From an uncultured candidate division Zixibacteria bacterium (lineage in GTDB: Bacteria > Zixibacteria > MSB-5A5 > GN15 > FEB-12), in contig OY760907.1 in assembly GCA_963664195.1 (NCBI GenBank), positions 992,001-1,056,000 of the forward strand: a DNA stretch of 64,000 nucleotides, given 5' to 3'. The position numbers and the translations under genes were made by a program. The notes under the pieces were generated by a model that saw only the letters and a program-made list of their open reading frames with translations, was not told the DNA's origin and ran no database searches. Below are positions 48,519-59,740 of this stretch, piece after piece. The first letter of the stretch is position 1, and the number at the start of each line of letters is the position of its first letter.

Positions 48519-50033
48519 ATGCAAAAACGCAGTAGCAGCATGTACGACGTTCGCGATATTTGGGCTATCGCATGGAAACGCAAGTGGATGATCTTCATCC
48601 CGTTGGTCCTTGTGGCCTCGGCCACCTTCGGTCTGTCCTACCTCATTGAACCGGAATACGAAGCCTCTACCATTATTGCAATTCATCAGGATGTCCCCCT
48701 GACAACCGAACTGCAACGATTGATTGGAACCGATGACCGGGTCGGCCGCAATAACCAACGCCGCGACCAACTACTCAGTATACTGAACGAATTGACTTCG
48801 ACCGCGTACCTCTCTATGCTGGTGGAACGGCTGCATCTTGACGACGATCCGTCACTTGACTCAAAAGCGCGCAGCCTCCTTGGCAATCAACCGGAGGCGG
48901 CGCTCCAGGCGCTGAAGTTCAGCCTGCTTCAGGGTCGCTTGAAGGAAAAGATCGACATCTCGTTTGCCGGTCAGGACCAGGTGATGATTACCACTCAGTC
49001 AACTGATCCGGGTAAGGCTCGCGATATCGCCAACACGCTGGGCGATATCTATATCAAGGAAAAACTCAAGCAAGAACTGACGTCCATTCGTTCCTCGCAG
49101 GATTTCTCCGACTTCCAGCTTCAGAAGTACGAAGCCCAGCTCCAGGCCAAGATCGACGAACGCACGGCTGTCGAAAGACGCCTGCTTCAGATTCAACTGG
49201 ATGAATCGGTTACCTCCGAATCAAACCGAAGCCAGATTCTCTCGGAGATCGACCGCTCCAATCAGGATGTTCGCGATCTCAGGAGCGAAGAAAAAATCGT
49301 TCTCGCGACTCTGGCCCCGATAGAGGGAATTTCCGCCAATAACCTGACTCTTCGCGAGTCGGCCGAACACAAAGAACTCAAGAGTGAGTTGCGCGGATAC
49401 GTGCGCAATCTCGGCGACCAAATCGGCAAATACCTCTGGAGTGATCCCCAGATACTAAATTCGAAAGTACGACAGAATACAGCCCTCACAGCCCTCGAGC
49501 TGGCCAACAAGACACAGGTGAATCAACAGTATGCACAGTTTGACGAGTCGGTGCGCGACAATCTCGTCAGGCTGTTTAACATTCGTTCAAACCTGGACCA
49601 CCTGTACTCGAAAGCCTCGTATCTTACTTCTGCACTCGATGAGTTGGAAGCCAAGATGAACCGCATTCCCGAACTCCAGGCGCAACTTAATCGTCTGACT
49701 GAAGAAATCGCTACCGCGACCGATTTGCGAGATCGTTTCGAACGCCAGCAGGAAAGCTCAACCATTTCGCAGGCCCTCCTCGAGGATGCTTCGTCTTCGA
49801 AATACAAAGTCGTTGAACCGGCCAAGCGCCCGCTGGAACCGGTCAAACCTGATCGCAAACAGATCCTCCTCATGGGCATAGCGCTGGGACTGATGATTGG
49901 TTGTGGTGCGGCAGTAGTCATGGAGTTGCTCGACAACTCACTGAAGAAGGTCGAAGAAGTTGAGGAGTTCATCGGACTGCCGGTGCTCGGCATTGCCCCC
50001 AAAGCCGACTTCATGAAAAAAATGGCGGGCTAA
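48519..50033 (+). CDS. Polysaccharide co-polymerase / chain-length determinant (Wzz/GumC-like, no kinase domain)
   Basis: N-terminal 'W.RKW' TM and P.YEA, long coiled coil, 'VVEPA..P..P..P' then a TM, and 'LPVLG..P'. Confidence 0.85.
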   Translation: MQKRSSSMYDVRDIWAIAWKRKWMIFIPLVLVASATFGLSYLIEPEYEASTIIAIHQDVPLTTELQRLIGTDDRVGRNNQRRDQLLSILNELTSTAYLSMLVERLHLDDDPSLDSKARSLLGNQPEAALQALKFSLLQGRLKEKIDISFAGQDQVMITTQSTDPGKARDIANTLGDIYIKEKLKQELTSIRSSQDFSDFQLQKYEAQLQAKIDERTAVERRLLQIQLDESVTSESNRSQILSEIDRSNQDVRDLRSEEKIVLATLAPIEGISANNLTLRESAEHKELKSELRGYVRNLGDQIGKYLWSDPQILNSKVRQNTALTALELANKTQVNQQYAQFDESVRDNLVRLFNIRSNLDHLYSKASYLTSALDELEAKMNRIPELQAQLNRLTEEIATATDLRDRFERQQESSTISQALLEDASSSKYKVVEPAKRPLEPVKPDRKQILLMGIALGLMIGCGAAVVMELLDNSLKKVEEVEEFIGLPVLGIAPKADFMKKMAG

Positions 50034-50098
50034 GCCGGTTGGAGGGCGAACCTGCCTCCAAAAACTTGCTGCCTTCCCATATCCAGAAGAACTCGCCG

Positions 50099-53074
50099 CT
50101 ACTTGACGCCCGGTTTCAAAACGACACCGCGGTGACTGTGACCGTTCATCCGCACGGTGATCGGAACATCCAACGTAATATGTCTTGTGAATGTCGCCCG
50201 ACTCGTCTCCGGCTGGGTCTTCAGCCACGACCAATCGATAGCTTCCTCGTCAACATTGGAATTCACCGTAAAGTAGCCGATCATGAACGATGTCAGATTC
50301 TGAAAGAAATGCGATCCCTGCGAAGGCACTACCTTGAAATCCCGGAACCCGGTTTCCACTATCACTCGCGCGCCGGCAATCTGATCCCAGCTTACCGGAA
50401 TACCCAGCCAGGGGTCTGCCGATCCCCAACGACCAACACCGATCAAGAGATACGGAATGCCATCGGCCATCAGGCGGGCGTTGTACTGTGCAACTTCACC
50501 GGCCACATCCCGGCTTCGACCGCGATCAAACGTTTGAAAATCCACCATAATGATATCGCGTATATCATCGATCTGCCCGTTGCCCAGAACCTGATCGCTG
50601 TAACAGACTAAATCTTCCTTCTTGTAGCCGTCGACCTGAAGCTCGTCGGACTCCCGACTGGTCACCAAAGGACGAATCTGCAAAAACGCAAAATCTTTCT
50701 GGCCGGGGCGACGGTCTGACTTGCTTACCGCAAACTCCATCTCCGCAGCCGTATTGATCCCCAGCCGTCCCAGATCCATGATGAGCTGTATGACTTCCGG
50801 AAGCGGCATCAGATCACTCTTGAGAATCGGCGCAAACGTGACAAGACGCATCCCTTTGCGGGAAATACCGTCATAGATGGCATCGTTCTCGGCAGAAAAT
50901 GTCGAACCGACCGCCGCCAGTGTGCCATCTGCCTCGGCAACTTCAAGCCCGAGCTTCAACAGAGGCATCTCATTGCTGGAGTCGAAATCGTCATCCGGTT
51001 CCTCGACACCAAGAGCATAGAACCATTTCTGACTGTAGTTGAGCGTAGACTTGGTATCGGAAAACTGTATCAGGTGACGCGGGTATTTTGGACAAAACCG
51101 TACCGCCAGTTCACCCTCAACTACCGGCTTGCCCAGACCCAGAGCGACCGATACGATACCATCGGCGGCCACCATCGGTTCAGTCGGGTAGAAATTGTGC
51201 GATCTGATTACGCCGGAGAACTCCGGATAGAACCGCTCGCCGTACCTATTGCCGACCAGCTTCTGGATGATGACGGCCATCTTCTCTTCTTCAAGCCGAT
51301 ACGAGGTCGCCCGGATATACCCCTTCGACATGCGAGAGTAGGTCGAGGCATACACGCGCTTGATCGCCGAGGTCAATGCTTTCAGCCGAACGGCCAGATC
51401 AGGGTGATTATTGGGCAGCATTTCTGTCAAGTAAATGCCGGCAAAAGGCTGGTAGCGCGAATCCTCCAGCAGACTGGATGACCGCACGGCAATCGGGTAA
51501 TCGACCAACTCCAGATACTCAGTCAGACGGGCACATGTCTCCTCCGGAAAGGGGGACTCCATGAACTTCTCGATCACTTCATCATCGTCTGTGCTGCGGA
51601 TAGCGAAACCGCGAAGGTGGTTCTTCTCCAGGAACTGATCAAAGGTGTCCGTCCCCAGGACCACCGCGGGCGGCACGGCGACTTTCAAACCGCTGAACCG
51701 ATTGTTAATTCGGTAGCTATTAAGCAAACTGTTTATGAACGCCAGACCGCGGGCTTTCCCGCCGAGCGAACCACCGCCGATACGGGCAAAACTCGAAGTC
51801 GGGTCAAACGTGCGGGCGTCGAAATCCGACGTCAGACCTTCCTTCTGCTCGCGGCGGAATCGACGCAGCGCTTGGATGAGATGATTGCGAAGCTCGGCCG
51901 GCGACCCAAAATCGGTAATCTTGCGCGGACGAAGCTTGTGGGCCAGCCAGAACTCGGTACGTGCCTTCAGCCAGCGCGAGAAATGGTTCCGCTCAGCGTG
52001 GTACAACAAACACTCATCGGGAATCTCAAGCAAAGCCTTCTCGAGGGTTGAGAGATCCGACGCGCGCGTCACTTCACGGCCATCCGGCATGTAGAATACA
52101 AAATCTCCGAAGCTGAAGTACTGCTTCATGAAGTCCCGAACCCTGCGCAGCAGTACGGGAGATCCCTTTTCGACGAACGAAACGTCCATGTCGTCAGCTA
52201 CCTGACGGTACTCAGCGGAGTCCGATTGCAGCAGAATCGGCACATCGAAATGCGTTTTCCGTATCTCACGGGCCAGGCGAATACCGGCCTCGGGGTCCTT
52301 CTCCCCTTTGTTCGGAAACTCGATGTCGGATATGACGCCGAGAATGCAGTCCTGGTATTCCTCGTAGTAACTCCAGGCTTCCTCGTACGTCGAGCACAAG
52401 AGTATCTTCGGACGAGCACGCATCCGGAGGAGCTTGTGCGCCATGTTAACGCCTTCGGAAATGAGACTCTGGTGATGTTTGAGCACCTCGGTATAGATTA
52501 ACGGCAAATACGAGGAATAAAAATTGACGTTATCCTCAACGAGAATGATTGATTGCACACCGATGAGATTGGTGTCTGCTTCAAGGTTCATCTGATCTTC
52601 GATAAACTTGATAATCGCAATCAGGATCTGGAAATCGCCCTGCCAGATAAACACTTTCTCGAATATGGCAAACTCCGGACGCCCCAATTCCCGCAGCTCA
52701 CGCTTGTCATACGTCAACAAAACCAGCGGAGTGTCAAGACCGGCCTCGCGCGCCAGCTTTGCAAAAGCAGGTGCGTCCATATCACCGAGGTTCATCGTGG
52801 TTATGATCAGATCGAAGTGCCCCTGTTCCACGGCGAGCTTGAGGGCCGCCTTTCCGGAAGAAACACGCGTGATATCCGGAGCGTTACTCAGGTTCAGATC
52901 CAAGTAGCCGGACAGGATTTGCTCGTACAACCGACCGTCTTCTTCGAGAATGAAGGAATCGTAGAGACTGGAGACCAGCAGGACCTCGCGGACCCGGTAT
53001 CTCATCAGGTTTTGGAATTCGTGGAAGGGGCGACGGTAACCAAGCTCGTCGACCAGTTTCTCGATACTCTCCAT
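50099..53074 (-). CDS. Tandem receiver-like domains fused to PEP synthase/PPDK N-terminal ATP-grasp domain
   Basis: Receiver-like 'VLLVSSLYD' and 'ILVED...GVISD.EFP'. ATP-grasp 'GGKARGL', 'AVRSSSLLED...FAG.Y.T', 'MAVIIQ', 'SVALGLG..VV' and 'LQIRP'. No His-domain or PEP-binding barrel. Confidence 0.85.
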   Translation of the reverse strand: MESIEKLVDELGYRRPFHEFQNLMRYRVREVLLVSSLYDSFILEEDGRLYEQILSGYLDLNLSNAPDITRVSSGKAALKLAVEQGHFDLIITTMNLGDMDAPAFAKLAREAGLDTPLVLLTYDKRELRELGRPEFAIFEKVFIWQGDFQILIAIIKFIEDQMNLEADTNLIGVQSIILVEDNVNFYSSYLPLIYTEVLKHHQSLISEGVNMAHKLLRMRARPKILLCSTYEEAWSYYEEYQDCILGVISDIEFPNKGEKDPEAGIRLAREIRKTHFDVPILLQSDSAEYRQVADDMDVSFVEKGSPVLLRRVRDFMKQYFSFGDFVFYMPDGREVTRASDLSTLEKALLEIPDECLLYHAERNHFSRWLKARTEFWLAHKLRPRKITDFGSPAELRNHLIQALRRFRREQKEGLTSDFDARTFDPTSSFARIGGGSLGGKARGLAFINSLLNSYRINNRFSGLKVAVPPAVVLGTDTFDQFLEKNHLRGFAIRSTDDDEVIEKFMESPFPEETCARLTEYLELVDYPIAVRSSSLLEDSRYQPFAGIYLTEMLPNNHPDLAVRLKALTSAIKRVYASTYSRMSKGYIRATSYRLEEEKMAVIIQKLVGNRYGERFYPEFSGVIRSHNFYPTEPMVAADGIVSVALGLGKPVVEGELAVRFCPKYPRHLIQFSDTKSTLNYSQKWFYALGVEEPDDDFDSSNEMPLLKLGLEVAEADGTLAAVGSTFSAENDAIYDGISRKGMRLVTFAPILKSDLMPLPEVIQLIMDLGRLGINTAAEMEFAVSKSDRRPGQKDFAFLQIRPLVTSRESDELQVDGYKKEDLVCYSDQVLGNGQIDDIRDIIMVDFQTFDRGRSRDVAGEVAQYNARLMADGIPYLLIGVGRWGSADPWLGIPVSWDQIAGARVIVETGFRDFKVVPSQGSHFFQNLTSFMIGYFTVNSNVDEEAIDWSWLKTQPETSRATFTRHITLDVPITVRMNGHSHRGVVLKPGVK

Positions 53075-53257
53075 CGTGTATCTCCAGCATCCGCAGCGTG
53101 GCGGCCTATGTACGCAGTTCAAACCTCGTAGAGCGGATCTGTCTTCGAATCCGCCACCATCCCCAAGCCGAATCCTTCCGATTTGGTCCTTTCAGCAGTT
53201 CTGAGGACAGACCTGCCCTACGAAGACAAGAAAGCCATGTCTGCCGGTAAAAGTACG

Positions 53258-53286
53258 AAACGGGGTGGCTAAAAGCCACCCCGTTT
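53258..53286. terminator. Intrinsic terminator hairpin after gdhA
   Basis: AAACGGGGTGGCT-aaa-AGCCACCCCGTTT, a 13-bp perfect stem with T-runs on both strands. Confidence 0.75.
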
Positions 53287-53314
53287 TTAAGGCGAGTTTG
53301 TATGGATGCGGGAA

Positions 53315-54691
<1,377 letters not shown>

Positions 54692-55140
54692 CTATTGACA
54701 TTTGCTGTTTTCCGATCGGGGAGGGCAATCCTTACCCATCGCAAACAGATCTACTTCATTTCCTGTGGTCCAATATCGAGATTAGAGCATATGCATCAAT
54801 CAGTGAAAACCCCCATTTGTCCGAGGGAAAGTACCCACTGCTCCTGTGCCTGTGTCGGCTGCCGCAGCTGGCCGGGTCTCTTCATCTCGTTTTCCGTCAA
54901 CAACTTAGCCAAATGCTCCGGAAGCCTTCCGATCGTGCAAAATACACTCTAGTCGTGACCGGACAAATTCTTCCAATTGCTGTGGAAATCCTGCAAAATG
55001 CCGAAACTATATGAAAAGGGCGGCAGTGGAGGATACTGTGTTTCGGGCGTATGCCGATGGAGCGTTTTCGCATCGATCCAGGCCGCAATTGGTGTGCTGA
55101 ATTGCACCCACCGTTATGGAGCAAACAAGGAGGGCATCTT

Positions 55141-56694
55141 TTGAAGATCCGATTCCGTAATGCGGCAATACTCTGCTTATGTCTCACAATAATCGTCGCC
55201 GGGAATACCATCGCTCAAGATCTGCAACCGATCCTTGACGCCGTGAACAAACTTGACACCAGGCTCAAGGCAGCAATTGAAAAGGAAGCTCAAACCAGAG
55301 CCGACGAAATCGCTGCTCTAAGATCTGAAATCCGCCAGCTCAAATCATCACCGACCGGAGTGAACGATAGCGACCGCCTGGGAGTGATCGAAGCGAGGAT
55401 TGACTCCCTGCTGACCATAACGGCAACTCCGTCGGATGTGACTCCAACCGTGACGCCGGAAAGCCTCGCTGCCCTCTCCGCTGAAATCCTATCGCTCAGA
55501 ACACACGTCGCAGAACTCCAGAGTGAACTCACACAGGAGAATGAACCGGAAGTCCCGGTTGCCACGGCAGACGAACTAGCTTCGCTGGGCCAGCGTCTTG
55601 ACAGCCTGAAGCTCCAATTCGCAGAAACCAGAGATCACGAGGTCGAAGAACCTGCGCACGGTGACACCCGGATCCACGGCAAACTCTATAGCCACGCGGT
55701 TGCCGACGTGACCGACGGTGCATCAAAGTCCAACGAATTTGCTGTCTCCCGCGCATATCTGACTTTCATATCCGAGCTATCGAGAAATGCCTCGATGCGT
55801 ATTACGACTGACTTCAAGACAATCGACGAAAGATATGACGTGCTCGTCAAATACGCATTCCTGAACTGGGAATCACACTTTTCCAACGGAACCTTCGGTA
55901 TTCGCCTTGGACTCCAACCCACTATGTATCTCTATGGAATGGATGGCATTTGGGGACACCGATACGTTGAGGAAACCATTCTGGAACGCGAGCACATTCT
56001 GACCCCGTCAGATCTCGCCGCCACGGTCTCATTCGGAATCGGCGAGAACGCCAAACACGGCATCTTCAGTCTGGCCGTGCTCAACGGTACAAGCTACACA
56101 CAGGTATCCGAAGAGAATGGGCGTAAGGACGTAAACGCAGTGCTGTTTACTCAACCGCTGCAGAGTGTTCCCTCCCTGGAGAAGAGTGCCTTCGCCGCTC
56201 AGGTGTATTACGGCACCCAGAACGAGTCGCTGAATGATCTCACGGTCATAGACACTGCGGGTCCCACGCCCGATACAACAGTCATTGAAGTCGAAGCCTC
56301 CGATTGGAAACGGACTATCGTATCGCTCGGCGGCCTTCTCGCTGTCAACTCGCGGCTGGACCTGGGGTTCGACGTGAACCTCGTCACCCTTGGCGACGGG
56401 CCGGAGCGGGTGAACGTTTCTCAACGCGCAACATCGATATTCGCCACGCTTCATCTCAGAGAGTTTGTGAGTGAGAAGTCCAAACTCCGTCACTTGAGTC
56501 TGTTCGCCCGCAGGGACTTCTACGACCCCGATACGGAGTCGGATCGTGACGACCTTACGGCCACAATTCTGGGAATCGAAAGCGCTCCGCTTGCAGGCCT
56601 GAAGATAGCCTTGAATTACCGGGTCGATACGTTCGACGACGACAATCTGGCCGACCAGAAGCAACTGTACGTGAACACACTTTTTATGTTTTGA
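55141..56694 (+). CDS. Exported protein: long coiled coil + porin-like beta-barrel
   Basis: TTG after AAGGAGG, signal peptide, about 150-aa heptad region, 'F.VSRAYL' and a C-terminal 'LYVNTLFMF' barrel signature. Confidence 0.6.
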   Translation: MKIRFRNAAILCLCLTIIVAGNTIAQDLQPILDAVNKLDTRLKAAIEKEAQTRADEIAALRSEIRQLKSSPTGVNDSDRLGVIEARIDSLLTITATPSDVTPTVTPESLAALSAEILSLRTHVAELQSELTQENEPEVPVATADELASLGQRLDSLKLQFAETRDHEVEEPAHGDTRIHGKLYSHAVADVTDGASKSNEFAVSRAYLTFISELSRNASMRITTDFKTIDERYDVLVKYAFLNWESHFSNGTFGIRLGLQPTMYLYGMDGIWGHRYVEETILEREHILTPSDLAATVSFGIGENAKHGIFSLAVLNGTSYTQVSEENGRKDVNAVLFTQPLQSVPSLEKSAFAAQVYYGTQNESLNDLTVIDTAGPTPDTTVIEVEASDWKRTIVSLGGLLAVNSRLDLGFDVNLVTLGDGPERVNVSQRATSIFATLHLREFVSEKSKLRHLSLFARRDFYDPDTESDRDDLTATILGIESAPLAGLKIALNYRVDTFDDDNLADQKQLYVNTLFMF

Positions 56695-56727
56695 TACTCG
56701 AGACGTTTCAACGAATAGGGGAAGACA

Positions 56728-58752
56728 ATGAAGGGATTTAAGAATCTGAGGATAGCCACCAAGTTGTATCTTGGTTTTGCTGCAGTGCTACTGATGCTGT
56801 CGGCCGTTGTGTACGTGTCTGATGTCACTTTGCGGGCAGCTGTCGACGGTTTTAGCTTCACTATCGACGTGCCGATTGACGGCATGGAGAGGATGGCTGC
56901 GGTCGACGTCCAGATGCTTCAGGCGCGACGTTCGGAGAAGGACTTCCTGCTTGAGAAGGATATCAAGCACGTGCCGGAAGTTGATCAGGCAATCGACGAC
57001 CTTACTGAAAACGTTGCTTTCGTTCGCACTCTCGCGCAGAGAGCCAAGAGAGATGACGCGGTCGCTGCGCTCGACGCCCTCGTCGATAACGCAAGTCTGT
57101 ACCGGCAGGCCTTTCATACTGTAGTAGAAGACTGGAAAGTCATCGGACTCGACAACAGTTCCGGGCTCCGGGGGAAGATCGGAACAACCGGCCAGGCTCT
57201 GGAGGCCGTGTTGTCAGGAGCGAACCAGCCGGAGTTGACCGCTAATCTTCTGCAAATACGCATGGCTGAGAAGAACTATCTTCTGACAAGTGATAAGAGG
57301 CATTTTGAGAACGCCATAAGCCTGCTGGCAACCGCGCAAATCAACGCAATAGGAAGCGGGCTGACCGACGACGCTCGTCAGTTGCTGAAATCGAACGCCA
57401 CCAATTACGAAAGCACCTTTAGCCGTCTCGTCACGGCAAACGAACATATCACCGGAGATGTTGCTGCAATGCGGGAAATCGTCAACACGCTCGAGCCGAT
57501 GATAGCACAAGTGCATTCGATGGCCAATGAAGACGCTGTCAACGCCATCGCTGCCACCAAGCAGATTGTGGCTGATAACGCCAAAGTGCCAATCTACCTC
57601 GCGGTGCTCGCTTTCGTCCTGGGAGCAGGTGTTGCCTGGTACATCGCCCGCAGTGTCTCCAAGCCGATTTCCAAGGTTGTTGAACTGACTGATCGTATGA
57701 ACAGTGATTTCGCACAGTTTGTCGATGTTGTCGAGACTATCGCCAACAACGATTTCACCCAGGAGATCAAGGAAACCAAAATCGAGAGCATCGGGATCGA
57801 CTCCAAAGACGAGATCGGTCAGCTGATCCGCGCCGTCGAGGGCAGCCTGGAGGCGAAGTCCAGCATCGGAAAAGCTCTCACCAAGATGACTCACAATCTC
57901 ACCGGTATGATCAGATTGATCAACGAAAACGCCGACCAGTTGGTTGCGGCCGCTACCGAGATCTCGTCCTCATCCGCGCAGATGTCCAAGGGTGCCGCGG
58001 ATCAAGCCGAGCAGATTGTGCAGGTCTCGAGTGCTGTCGAAGAAATGACAGCAACGATACTTGAATCGTCACAGAATGCCGGCGAAGCTACCGAGGCCTC
58101 CCGGAGCGCCTCCGACACCGCCACCAGCGGCGGCGAGATAGTCAGCGGTACAATCGAAGGAATGCAGAAGATTTCCGCGGTCGTCGGCGAATCTGCTCAA
58201 TCAATAGGCAAGCTGGCCAAATCAGCCGACCAGATCGGTGAGATCATCAGCGTGATCGACGATATCGCCGACCAGACCAACTTGTTGGCGCTCAATGCAG
58301 CAATTGAGGCCGCGCGCGCGGGCGAACAGGGACGTGGATTCGCAGTCGTCGCCGACGAGGTCCGTAAACTGGCCGAGCGCACTGGCAAGGCCACCGGAGA
58401 AATCTCCGGCATGATCAAGGGTATTCAGTCTGAAACCGAAGATGCGGTTGCATCCATGGAGTCAGGCATAAACGAAGTCGAGGCAGGACGCGAGCTGGCC
58501 GACAAGGCCGGAGCAAGTCTGGGACAGATTGTTACCATGTCGCAGAGCGTCATGGATATGATCCAACAGATAGCAACCGCTTCCGAGGAACAGTCCGTTG
58601 CCGCTGAAGAGATATCAAAGAATATCGATTACATCTCTTCGGTGACCAAGGAAACTGCCAACGGGGCCGAGCAGTCAGCTACTGCCGCCGAGCAACTCAA
58701 CCATCAGGCCGAAGGTCTGAAACAGATGATGAGTCAGTTCCGGGTCCAATAG
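56728..58752 (+). CDS. Methyl-accepting chemotaxis protein
   Basis: Two TM, helical periplasmic sensor, HAMP (DEIGQL) and signalling hairpin [38 protein letters not shown]. Confidence 0.95.
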   Translation: MKGFKNLRIATKLYLGFAAVLLMLSAVVYVSDVTLRAAVDGFSFTIDVPIDGMERMAAVDVQMLQARRSEKDFLLEKDIKHVPEVDQAIDDLTENVAFVRTLAQRAKRDDAVAALDALVDNASLYRQAFHTVVEDWKVIGLDNSSGLRGKIGTTGQALEAVLSGANQPELTANLLQIRMAEKNYLLTSDKRHFENAISLLATAQINAIGSGLTDDARQLLKSNATNYESTFSRLVTANEHITGDVAAMREIVNTLEPMIAQVHSMANEDAVNAIAATKQIVADNAKVPIYLAVLAFVLGAGVAWYIARSVSKPISKVVELTDRMNSDFAQFVDVVETIANNDFTQEIKETKIESIGIDSKDEIGQLIRAVEGSLEAKSSIGKALTKMTHNLTGMIRLINENADQLVAAATEISSSSAQMSKGAADQAEQIVQVSSAVEEMTATILESSQNAGEATEASRSASDTATSGGEIVSGTIEGMQKISAVVGESAQSIGKLAKSADQIGEIISVIDDIADQTNLLALNAAIEAARAGEQGRGFAVVADEVRKLAERTGKATGEISGMIKGIQSETEDAVASMESGINEVEAGRELADKAGASLGQIVTMSQSVMDMIQQIATASEEQSVAAEEISKNIDYISSVTKETANGAEQSATAAEQLNHQAEGLKQMMSQFRVQ

Positions 58753-58778
58753 CTTCGCAGACATAATGTTTTGATAAT

Positions 58779-58810
58779 CGCCGTCGGGATCACACCGGCG
58801 GCGGTTTTTT
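58779..58810 (+). terminator. Intrinsic terminator after MCP
   Basis: CGCCGTCGG-gatcaca-CCGGCGGCG followed by a T6 run. Confidence 0.7.
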
Positions 58811-58887
58811 ACTGTTTGCCAGAATCATCATATGTCAGGCAATAATACGCATCACCGGCACTGGATATCCGCCGGTCAGAGTCGAAC

Positions 58888-59544
58888 CTAGGGCTGGATC
58901 AAGTGATTGCGAATACAATACTTAACGATATCCGTAACATTGCGGGCGTTGAGCTTTTTCATGATCGAGGCTCTGTGGGTCTCGGCAGTCTTGGGACTAA
59001 TGCTGAGAATGTCGGCGCACTCTTTTGTGGAGTAGCCGTCGGAAAGGAGTTTCGCAAGTTCGCGCTCGCGTTGAGTCATCACGCCGCCCGGGCGTTGATT
59101 CTGAAGGAGTGGCTTGACATACTCCGCAACCATGTCCTGCCCGGCCGGACCCGACAGATAATAATCGCCGCAGGCCGCCTTCTGCGTAGCATAAACCAAC
59201 TCCTCGAAACCGCAGCTTTTGGATAAATAACCGCGAGCACCCGATTCAAACGCCTCACGCATCTGGGCCTCACTCTGTACAGTGGACAGAAAAAGAACCT
59301 CTGTCTCGGGATGAAGCGACCGAATCCGTCGACAGGCCTCAATGCCGCTCAGCCCCGGAAGGATTACTTCCAGGATTACCACATCGGGTCGATGCAGAGA
59401 CGTCAGCTCAACGGCGTCGGTGCCGTTTGCCGCCTCGCCCAGAACCTCTATATTCCTGCAATCCCGAAATTGCGCAATTAGGCCCTTGCGAAATAGCTCT
59501 ATCTCGTCTACTACCAGCAGTCTGATGCTCTTATTCAGTCTCAT
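58888..59544 (-). CDS. NarL/FixJ-family response regulator (atypical: phospho-acceptor Asp replaced by Glu)
   Basis: Receiver (VLGEA.NG, PDVVILE, GARGYL.K) plus LuxR HTH (T.RERE...G.STKE.A..L.IS.KT.ETHR). Confidence 0.9.
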   Translation of the reverse strand: MRLNKSIRLLVVDEIELFRKGLIAQFRDCRNIEVLGEAANGTDAVELTSLHRPDVVILEVILPGLSGIEACRRIRSLHPETEVLFLSTVQSEAQMREAFESGARGYLSKSCGFEELVYATQKAACGDYYLSGPAGQDMVAEYVKPLLQNQRPGGVMTQRERELAKLLSDGYSTKECADILSISPKTAETHRASIMKKLNARNVTDIVKYCIRNHLIQP

Positions 59545-59740
59545 AAGTCAATGTCCATTATAGGGCTAACCGGCGAGAATTCCAATTTCTTTCTGGCTCA
59601 ATCCCCTTTCAAAACGGTCGTCTTTGTCTGCTGACGTCGACCTTTCTTTCCGCGCAAATCAATTGCCAGTGACAATCCATGCCTGTATACTGCAGGAGTT
59701 CATTCGGAGAAGGCCACCCTGGGGGCCGGAAAAGGATTTC

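Noticed and set aside
50099..53074. Annotation as functional PEP synthase (ppsA)
   Set aside because: It lacks the phospho-His swivel and PEP/pyruvate-binding barrel, so the symbol was withheld.
55034..55060. Sigma28-like promoter for the porin-MCP pair (TACT-N15-GCCGATGG)
   Set aside because: Both boxes deviate from consensus, so it is too weak to call.
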